This document shows positions 32,927-43,400 of a stretch of DNA of 64,000 bases, in pieces. A model generated the notes under the pieces. It was not told the DNA's origin. It worked only from the letters and a program-made list of their open reading frames with translations, and did no database searches. The stretch comes from Nitrospirota bacterium (GTDB lineage Bacteria; Nitrospirota; JACRHJ01): positions 32,001-96,000 of the forward strand of contig CAWJRJ010000021.1 in NCBI GenBank assembly GCA_963845245.1, in the 5' to 3' direction. Numbering within the stretch: the first letter of the stretch is position 1; each line of letters starts with the position of its first letter. The translations under genes and the position numbers were made by a program.

Positions 32927-33328
32927 ATGAGCACCATGAAGAAAACAGTCTTAGCGATATTTACCTTGTTATTGGTTGCCGTGTTTGCTGGTTGTGCGTC
33001 CGAGCAGCAGCAGGCCGAGAAGGTAGTTTTTAATACGCTGGGGACGGTTTTGACGCTAAGAGACCGGCCGCTTTACACCAAGATTGTAAAAATCTCCTAC
33101 GAACATACCGGCAAGAATAAGCCTGGGGAGAAAAAGGCGTACTATATAAAGGGCTATGTAACTGTACGAAGGGTCGCGATGAAAGATTTCAAGTTCAGAG
33201 ACCAGACAGTACCTAAAGGGTCTACCCAGGACTACCGGTATTATTATGAAGCCAAGGTCGTCCAGGGCGTTAAGAACGCCCTGGTCCTGGTGCCGAGCGG
33301 GCTGACGATAAAACAGCAGGCGGGCTGA
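32927..33328 (+). CDS. Small basic lipoprotein of unknown function
   Basis: RBS AAGGAG; lipobox FAGC. Confidence 0.8.
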   Translation: MSTMKKTVLAIFTLLLVAVFAGCASEQQQAEKVVFNTLGTVLTLRDRPLYTKIVKISYEHTGKNKPGEKKAYYIKGYVTVRRVAMKDFKFRDQTVPKGSTQDYRYYYEAKVVQGVKNALVLVPSGLTIKQQAG

Positions 33329-33343
33329 CCCGTCTGGTATTGT

Positions 33344-33395
33344 TTGTATTTCTTGCAGGGCGCACAAGCCATTGCGTGCCTTGTCAGGGATACAG
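33344..33395 (+). repeat. 52-nt conserved intergenic hairpin, copy 2
   Basis: ttgtatttcttgcagggcgcacaagccattgcgtgccttgtcagggatacag. Confidence 0.85.
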
Positions 33396-33444
33396 AAAAC
33401 AAAATATTAAAGAAATTATAGAAATATTCAAAACGGAGGCTTAA

Positions 33445-35478
33445 ATGTCAAAAATGAGAATAGCAATAATCGCGCTCCTGGTCTTCGGACTGACCCTGGG
33501 CCTGTCCGGCATGGCCCTTGCGGTGACTATATCCTGCGGTCAGTGCCACGGCGCCTACGTCAACGACAACCACGGCGGAAAGACATTGATTCCGGGCGTG
33601 TCTGCGACTGAGGACACCAAGACACCTCAGGCCGGCGACATATGTGATAGCACAGGCCGCGGCCTGCACGGCATCCATATGAACTACTCCTCGGTAAGCT
33701 ACGGCAAGACCGGCGCTACGAGGGGCAACTGCAACTACTGCCACAACAAGCATGTACACGAGAACGGCTTCGTCGAGATGTCTGGATACAGCCCGGCCTC
33801 CGCAATTGGACCAGGTAGGCAACTTTACCATAACCAACGGCGGCACCGGCTATGTCGGCGGCGATCCGGGCGGCGATTATGTTACCGTAGTCGGCGGCAA
33901 CGGCGACGCACAGGCGTTGGTTACTACGGTTAGCGCCGGTGGCGTTATAACCGGTCTTTCCATGGGCGCGCATGGCCACAGCAAGGGCAGTGGCTATACT
34001 ACTGGTTCTGCCAACCTCTCGGGCGGGTCCGGCACGGGCGCTGTCATAAGCATAACATCGATCACCAACAACGGTTACCGTCAGTCGGTTACTTCAGCCG
34101 GCCTGGTAGTCACCGGCCCCGGTATGACCGCAGACGGCCTTGACATCACGCAGATGACCGGTAATGCAACCTGCGCCACCGCCTGCCACAAGGGCACCAG
34201 CGCAACCAACACCGCGCCGTGGGGCAACTTCACGACGCCGAGCATCCACCTGACCTGCAACAGCTGCCACGGTGACGCCTCCAACTACGGGCCCACCGCA
34301 TCGAACACCGGCCTCGGCAACGGCTTCTCCGGCACCGGCGGCCACAAGGTGCACCTGTACTCCGTAGGCGGAAGCCACGGCAACCAGCTGCTCGGCGGCA
34401 CCAAGATCGTGCTTGGCAGCTTCTCCACCGTCATCGACATGAACGGCAACAGCGACAAGGTCTGCGCGGCCTGCCACCCGGACAATACGAACGACCTTTG
34501 GAGCCAGGGCAGGGCGGACGACGGCAGCAAGAAGGCTTACCCGCACGCGACAGACGGTACCAACGTCCAGGCTAAGAATGCGAACTTTACTGCTCCTGCC
34601 AACATAGTGTTCACGAACGCTTCGGGCCTTGCCGACACCACTGGCAAACTGTCCTGCACCAACAACTGCCACTTCAACAAGTCGTCAGTGCAGAGCGCCA
34701 ACCCGACATGGACAGCGAGCAGCGGATGCGAGCTCTGCCACAACCATACGGCGACCGAGGCTGCGAACAACAGCGCCTTGGTCATGGGCGGCAGGGCGCT
34801 CTCATACGCGCACAGCCTGCACTTCAACCAGATATCGGCGATGCATGTCGGTTCGGCACGCCGCGCGGGCTTCCGTCCTGCAGCGACTGCCACACTGGCG
34901 CGCATACGATCAACGCGCTTGGCGGACCGCAGCTCATTCAGCTGCCTGTAAAGAATGGCGCCGCGGGCCTCGACTCGACGAAGGTCACCTACTCCGCTGC
35001 CGGCACCGTATCGGTCAGCGGTACCTGCACAACGACCAAGTGTCACATAACTCCCTCGCCTTCCTGGGACTCCATAGCGACTGGCGTCGTAGTCGGTACG
35101 ACCGGTTGCGCGACCTGCCACGAATATCCTGGCGCTCCGGGCAAGGACTGGGCTACGACCGGAAACGGCCACCTTGTCAGGTATGACGCTCCGGTCGTCA
35201 ACACCCACATGAAGGCGACTGGCTTCAACTACCAGACCGACAACTATGCCTCAGTTACTGCCGACACCGGCAAATGCGGCATCTGCCACAGGAACGTAAA
35301 GCACATGAACGGCACCGGCTTCGCTCACCTGAGCACGGTGACCGACACCACATACAGCGAGTGCGGCACGACTCCGTTCACGTTCTCAACAGGCGGCACC
35401 GGTACCGGCACAGACGCAGTAACCTGCAGCAACGTGAAATGCCACAGCGGCAATACTACCCCGAACTGGGGACCATAG
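33445..35478 (+). CDS. Secreted multiheme cytochrome c (MHC-3, 12 motifs), frameshifts near 33810 and 34860
   Basis: Signal peptide; 12 CxnCH motifs over three frames; C-terminus CSNVKCHSGNTTPNWGP. Confidence 0.85.
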
Positions 35479-35485
35479 TCTAAAC

Positions 35486-35530
35486 CAGACAGCTTTGGGC
35501 CCCGCCCCGGAAGGCGGGGCCCAAAGTCTG
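35486..35530 (+). terminator. GC-rich hairpin after MHC-3
   Basis: ctttgggccccgcc-ccggaa-ggcggggcccaaag. Confidence 0.55.
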
Positions 35531-35579
35531 TATTTCTTGCAGGGTGCGCAAGACATTGCGCGCCATCCTAGGAATACAG
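35528..35579 (+). repeat. 52-nt conserved intergenic hairpin, copy 3
   Basis: ctgtatttcttgcagggtgcgcaagacattgcgcgccatcctaggaatacag. Confidence 0.85.
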
Positions 35580-35639
35580 AAGAGGAAATTAACCATTAAA
35601 AGTTTTCATCAATTTTGGTTTTCTATTAAGGAGGATAAA

Positions 35640-37266
35640 ATGGGATACACCAGTGAGTCGAAAAACAGAAGGTGGGGGTTGCCGGTAGGCCTTCTTGCCC
35701 TCATCCTGATGATGGTCCTTATAGGGACTGCGACGGCGCCTACCCCCGCAATGGCCGCGGCCATTACCTGCGGTGGGTGTCACAGCACGCCTCCCAAGGA
35801 CTCGGACAGCGGCGGCTGCAAGCAGACGACCAAGAGCCACCCGGACCACTCCACCGGTGCGGACCTGACCACTTGCGACCGCTGTCACCCGACGACCACT
35901 AGCTCTGTGCCGACGGCCAAGCACAACAACAACATCGTCAACATCACTTCGGTGGTTTCACCTGGATTGAGTTACAACAGCCTTAACGGAACGTGTACAA
36001 ACGCCTGCCACAAGAACGAACCAAACCCGACCTGGGGCGGGAGCGGCGCGGACTGCAACATCTGCCATTTCAGGAGCGGCGCAGTCGGCTCATACACTAT
36101 GTCCGGACTTCATGCTGCGCCCGGCAGGACATATATGCACTTCAGCTCTGCCATAAAAGTTGTGGACAATACCAAGACTGTAACCTGCAATAACTGCCAT
36201 CCTGCGGTGCCGTTCGCGAACAACACGACCAGCCCGCGTTCGCACATCAGGCTGCCGAACACCGCTGCAAACTTCAAGGCCCGCGCCGACATGTCGCAGG
36301 CCCATACATATGTAAGCGTTACCGGCATAGGTTATACAAAAGGTGCGACTGCGGCGGCGGGCACCTGCGCGCTTTCATGCCACAACAACTCAGGCGACAC
36401 GTTCGGCAACTACACGATCTACTTCAAGACCGGCCAGACCAGGCGTTTCGGGCCGTACTCCACGGCCAGGTGGGGTGCGTCCGACCTGAAGTGTAATGAA
36501 TGTCACAGCACGCCGAGTCAGTCGGCTACGTTCGGCGGTTCAAGCTCAGTCAACGCAAACAAGAGGCATAAGGCCCACATGTTCAGCTACAAGCTGAACC
36601 CATGGAACTTCGCCGGCCAGGACCGCAACATCTATTGCGACGACTGCCACAGGACACCGAACATAAACGCGACAAGGGGCTTTAGGGGTCACTCGACAAT
36701 CAGGCCAGGGCGGCAGCGGAATCATATCACTCCCTGTCAGATCCCAGAACGCAAAGGTCTACCTGACCTGGCGCAGCAACATCGGCCATGATGGACTTCC
36801 AACAGCATTCGATCCGTCGACCGTAACATGCTCCAACGTTTACTGCCATACCATCATGACCACGGCCCAGTGGACAGAGCAGGCCTGCAACTCATGCCAC
36901 GGCACAAAGGACGGAATCAACGTAGGTTCCGGCGCACCCGGCTACAAGGACTTTACCTCAATATCCGCGGCACAGTACCGCACGTTCGAGGACTATTCCG
37001 GCGGCGGCGGCGCGCATTACTCGCATGTCACCAAGCGTGGCTACGCCTGCCGTACATGCCATTACGATGGCGGCGGCGACGGCAACCCTGCGAACCATCA
37101 CAATAACAGCCTGACGGTATCCAGAGATAACGTAAACGTCGGTGTCGAGCCGCAGTACTGGTTCAACAACATGACCTCCAAGTACGACAAGGTTACCAGG
37201 AGCTGCAGCGACGTTGCTTGTCACTTCGGCGCGTCCCAGAACTGGGACTGCACACCGCTGCATTAG
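35640..37266 (+). CDS. Secreted multiheme cytochrome c (MHC-4, 12 motifs), frameshift near 36700
   Basis: RBS AAGGAGG; signal peptide; CGGCH...CDDCH, then CSNVYCH, CNSCH, CRTCH and CSDVACH in the next frame. Confidence 0.85.
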
Positions 37267-37458
37267 CCTTCTGTCCATGTTTAATACGGGGGCGGCGCTA
37301 GCCGCCCCCGGTATAAAAGGTTAAATGAAGAAAAATTCACGAGGATATACGCATGGTCACAAATACATCTGGAATGCTTGTGTTTATGGGCGTAATCTTG
37401 TGAAATCTTGAATATAAAACTTAAGAATAATTTAAAAGTTTCCAACGAGGAGGAAGAA

Positions 37459-40400
37459 ATGACGAAGAGGATGAATAAATATTCCCGCAAGGCCCTTGCA
37501 ACCACAGGCATAATGCTGGTGATCGGGGTTCTCATATGGGCACTGATGGCGTTCGCGTATAATGCCACGGTAGCCACATATTCGGACGCCACGCATTCCA
37601 CTGGCAAGACGAGCTTCGGCCGCGGGGTAGATACGGTCTACACCAACATGACCGGCGGCATAGGTTCCAACACATACTATGCCGAATACTGGGGCCCGTC
37701 CACGAATGGCGGCACCGACATGGTGTACGAACCCGGAACGAGGAGCGCCCAGCTGACATCGCGGACGACCGGCGGCCTCAGTACTTCATACGTTACACAA
37801 GCTACGGACAATAGCGGCACCTGGCAGGCGAGGATATTGCACAACCCGCAGTATACCGCTCCGCAGGCGATAGTTATGGATGTCCCGGCCAAAGGGCAGG
37901 TTCTTACAGCCGGTACGGCAGTGACCCTCCAGTTCCATCTCGTTGACAGGAACGGCAACACGATGACCGGCACCGACTACCGCTCCAAGATGTACACATA
38001 CATGTCATACAACGGCTCAACAAGCTCCCCCGGCTGGCGCGCATACGCCGCCAACAACAGCAGGGCTACCTGGACGTTCAACTCAGGGACCGGCATGTAC
38101 ACCAAATCCTTTACGCCTGCCACGGCGAGCACCGGCCTCGCCCAGCTGCGCGTTTATATGTACAACTGGTGGGGCACGACCAACGGCGCGATTGAGACCG
38201 GTGACGCCTATTCCATAAGCGGCTCCACCTCGAACGACCTCTATACACAGGAGTTCTGGTATGCGACCGGCGGCACCACGACCCAGACCAACGCATTTAA
38301 TATAGTCAGCGTTGACAGCATGAACCCGAAGTTCGTGGCAAACCCGGGCGTGCCCACGATTAACTACACCTATTACTTCGACATATTCGACGGCAACGGC
38401 AACGCTGTAACAAGCGGCATCACATCATGGACGAACGTATGCCGTGGCGCAGCCGCATACGTTACCGCCGGCACACAGCCGACGGCTACGGTTTATGCCG
38501 CACCCGCATATGACGCAACCTCCGGGCACTGGAAGGTAACCTGGACGCTGCCCGCTCCCGGCAAATACGGCATTGACCTCAGGGCTACCCGCGGCAACCA
38601 GGTGAGGATGGAGGATGTCGTCCAGTACGCGGCATCAAGCGCGTTCAGCATGCTAGGCGACGTCACCCCGCCTGCAAACGTAGCTTTCGGCACGGTTACC
38701 CCGTCAGACAACAGGGTAACGCTTAACTGGACAAACCCGACCACAGACCAGGGCGGCGGCGCATTGACCGGGTTCAACGGCATCATCATACTTCGGAACC
38801 AGAACAGCCCGGTACCAACGGGCCCTTCAACAGGGCAGGAATACAGCGTGGACGGCTCAAATTCTCCATTGCCTCCTTATGGTCCGCGCCCGAACTCCAT
38901 TGGAACGAGCAGCGTCGTATATATAGGTAACGGTACGCAATACGCCGACGGCGACCCTTGCGGCGTACCTCTTACAAACGACACAATAACATATTATTAT
39001 AAGGCATATTCTTTTGACCAGTACTACAACTATTCTACCGGCATAGAGGTGTCGAGCACACCACATGACGGAGTCGCAATCGGGCCTGTGACAATTACCG
39101 GCGTTACTGCCGGCGACCAGCAGAACACCATCAACTGGATCAACCCGAGCAGGTGCGACTTCAAGGGAGTCGTGGTAAGGTACAGCACGGTTTCGTTCCC
39201 GACCGTGTGCAGCATTTCCCCATCTGCATACACTGAAACCAGCAACGGCAACCTTGTAACATATCCTGTAGGCACCGGTGTCAAGCCCGGCGGAACGCCT
39301 GGAGGAGCCGACAGCATCCCGCACACAAACCTTACAAACGGCTTTACGTATTACTATACAGTATGGGCTTACGACGACGAAGTAACGCCGTTATACAGCG
39401 CCGCGGCGAGCCCGGCGACCTATGCATCCCCGCATGACGTTACGGCGCCAGCACAGATCACAAGCCTGAGTGTTGTGGGTGGCTCTACGAACGCTTTCGG
39501 GTGCACGCTCTCCTGGACGGCCACAGGCGACGACGGGATGGTCGGGACTGCGACAAAATATGATATAAGATATTCGAAGAGCCCGATTTACATCTCAGGG
39601 GATCCGGTAGCTACCGCCACCAACTGGAACAATGCATGGGAGGCCGTAGGCACGCCCTTCCCACAGCCAATGGTCTCTGGGACGGTACAGACATATGACG
39701 TCGCCGGCCTTTCGCCGCTGACGCAGTACTATTTTGCCATCAGGGTTGCGGACGAAGTTCCCAACTGGTCTGGTGTATCCATAACTAATGCCTCGACGAC
39801 GACCCTGTGCAACCCGAAGATTTCGGCGTGCAACCAGTGCCACCTGATGCCGCCTGACGACGAACTGCCTGGCGCGCACCCGCGCGGCACCGGCAATATC
39901 GGCAACCATGACCTCCCCATACATGCGGGACAGGGCGGCGCAGACCAGTGCGACGTCTGCCACGCAGATGGCAACGTATGGCGCAACAACACGACGCTCT
40001 ACCAGGTCACGCACCAGAACGGTGTGATAGACATAAACGGCCCCGGCATGATCGGCAACGAGTGGGAGCGCACCCAGGTCCCCCCGCAAGGCGGCACGTT
40101 CTACCCATCGACCACCGTTGTATACAAGTTCAAGAACTACTCCTCGGGCGTAGGCTACAAACAGACGACGGGCTACTGCCAGAACACGTACTGCCACGGC
40201 TCCGGCCTTTCTTCCCCGATGTGGGGCCAGGGGACAATAGTCTGCGGCGAATACTGCCACGAGACCCCGCCCGCGACAGGACGCCACGTCAAGCATTACC
40301 ACCCCGGCCAGAGTTACGTCAACTTCGGTCCGGCCTCGGTCAAAGTAAGCGGCTATACCAATGGAGAAGGCGTAATCGACTCTTCGGACGACGGAACCAT

Positions 40401-43400
40401 AGGCTGGAGCCCGGCGGCTACGGCCAACTCGATGCCGCTGCCTGTTGGTAGCAACAGGGATTTGCGGTACGCCACTTACATATCCTCCTCGAACGGCTCA
40501 ACCAAAACCTTCAACGTGGGCAACGGGATATGGTATGTCACCGTCTGCGTAGGCGATTCGTTTGTTGCAAAAACGAAGCAGACCGTTATGGCATCCGGTG
40601 ACGGCGGGGCCTCCTGGGTCAAGCTTATAGACAACTTTGACACCATGCCACAGAAGCTCTACAAAAAGGCGGTCGACATACCGGTGTTGGTAACGGGCAG
40701 CAGCAATCTGCGGATAAAGATAGGCAATGGCAGCAATCCGACACAGCTTTGTTACCTTATAATAAACAGTACGCCAGAAGCCCCGAAGTCGAATAACACC
40801 CTGTTAAAGAACACGGCTACGGAGTATGGTTTCTCGTGCGGCAAGTGCCACACCGACGATACGACCCAGGCGAGGCATACAAGCCACGTCGACGGGCCGG
40901 TACAGAGAGGCATAAGGGACGCCGAGAACGCATTTGACGGCAACTCAAACCCCAAGAACCCCCTCGGGCTGTACACTTCAGATGTAGCGTTATTCGGCAA
41001 CATATCGACATATATCGACGGCCAGGGCTACCCCTACACCAACGGCCGCGGCTGCAAAAACCTGTACTGCCACGGTTCCACGCTGCATGCTGGCGGCAGC
41101 AACCATACGCCGACATGGAAGGACGGATACATAGACGTGACCGGGGCCTCGATCTGCGGGTCGTGCCACGATGCGGGCTATGCGGACACCACCCCGTTGT
41201 CAAACATTACCACCGGGTCGCATACAAAACACACGAATAACACCTACGCATACAGGTTCGACTGCTACAAGTGCCATAACAGGACGGTTCTGCAGAAAGA
41301 CCCTGCAAACGGCAATAAAATAAAGATCGCCAACAAGATCTATCACGTAAACGGCCAAGCGGACGTTTACTTTGACCCGACCGACAACACGATGCTGTTT
41401 GGCAAGTACTCGACCTCTCAAAAGACGTGCTACAACGTCTACTGCCACTCGAACGGTCTCCTGGATAAGGCGGACAAGCCTATAAGCTGGGCAACGAAAT
41501 ATGCGACTCCGCAGTGGGCCAGCGGCTCAAAGACCTGCAACTACTGCCATGGCACCAGCAGGCCTGACGGCATGCCGGACTATGCGAACTTCGTGAACAG
41601 CACTTCTGGAACTCCCAACAGTCATCCCAAGCATGTGGACGAGAACAAGCTCGGCTGCTCCAAGTGCCACTACAACACCACCAGGAACAACGGCGCCAGC
41701 ATCTATACGACGATGCAGCCCTCGCTCCATGTGAACGGCATAGCCGACGTGACGTTCGATTCGGAGAACAACAACGGGACGTTCAACGGCTCATTCGACC
41801 ATGCCAACCAGCAGTGTTCAGGCACTTACTGCCATGGCCGTAGCTCACCGCCACAATGGGGCGGCGTGGTTGACTGCGGTAGCTGTCACGGAGTCAGCCC
41901 AACGAACCCGAACCCAGGCATCGGCGCGCACCTCATACATAACAACGGCGCCTTCAGCCTTGTCACCAGTGTCGTCACCAACGCATCGAGCAGCACGACT
42001 TACAATTTCACGTGCAACTTCTGCCACTTCAGCAGGACACACGGCGGCGGCGAGTACATAACGGGCGTGCAGACGGCTGAAACGAATTTCAACACCGTCA
42101 CCCCGACAAACGGCTACAACAACAATGGCGCAACATATACGCGCGGTACGGCGACATTGACCGATACAAGTAACTGGCACTACTCCGCCGGAACCTGCGC
42201 AAACACCAAGTGTCACAGCAGCAACAGCACCGGTGGCGCACCGAACAACGCTTTTGTCACCTGGACCAGCAAGTTCGTAGGTACATCAAGAGAGTGCTAC
42301 CAGTGCCACAACGGCGACGCGAGCGCGCCCGCCGGCAGAAGGATGAAGAGCGGTGCGCATGCGATGCATGTATTTACCTCCGTATACAGGAGGTCATGTG
42401 AGGAGTGCCACGCATTGACGGCTTCTTTAAACACCGTCGCCGACAAGTCTAAGCATGTAAACGGCACGGTTGATGTGAGCATCCTCCCGGCATACGGCGG
42501 CACTTTCGACAGCTCCAAGAACTGCAGTAACGTCTATTGCCACTCAAACGCCAACCCGTCGGCATGGGGCACGGGCACGGTATACTACAAGTCGATGAAC
42601 TGGAACACCGGTCCGGCCACCACCTGCACCAGTTGCCACAGCAACAATCATGTTGTCGGCGGTGACGGAGTCAGGTCTGAAGATCAGACGCTTTCGTTCA
42701 ACCACAGGAAGCACCTGAACCCGGCCACCGACTCGCTGCTTGGCGGCTACGGCTCCAGGATCGGCTGCACGAACTGCCATAACCTGACGGCGAAGACCAA
42801 TACATCCCTATATACAAGCATTGTGCCGTCTAACCATAACAATATGAACAAGGACATCTACTTCTCGACCAGCTTCTTCACCATGTCCGGCGTAAACACC
42901 GTTTACGGTGGCGGCGTTAACGGTACTGCATACTGGGGTCAGTGGAACACCCCTAACTCCGGCAGCTGTACTGTCATATGCCACTCAGACGCGCGCGGCG
43001 GAGACCCGCTGGTGTTCCCGAACTGGTCAACGACTCAGGGCTCGTATGGCTGTACGTCGTGCCACGCGGCCGACGCGACTACGTTCGCGCTGCCGAACTA
43101 CACCGGCAACGACAGCCACGAGAAGCACGTGAGCAACGGGGTTACCTGCAACACCTGCCACCGTCTGACGGCAGGCAACAACGCTGGGACGCCGTTCATA
43201 AACGCATCAGGCTTTACTTCCCACCATGTCAACGGCAGCGCGGGCAACGACGTGAAACTTTCTGTCATAGGCAATTATTCCACGGTGTCGAGGTCGTGCT
43301 CAAGCCTGAGTTGCCATGGGCACAGGGTCTGGGGTCAGCATTATGCTTCGAGCTGCAACAGCTGCCACGCCGCGCCGCCCGCGTACGCCCAGCACACGTT

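Noticed and set aside
30823..34855. Diversity-generating retroelement template/variable repeat pair
   Set aside because: Differences between copies include G and C positions, not only adenines. The repeat is 1.3 kb and no reverse transcriptase is present.
32859..35579. CRISPR array or insertion-sequence ends formed by the 52-nt repeats
   Set aside because: The copies are separated by whole genes (0.4-2.1 kb) and there is no cas or transposase gene.
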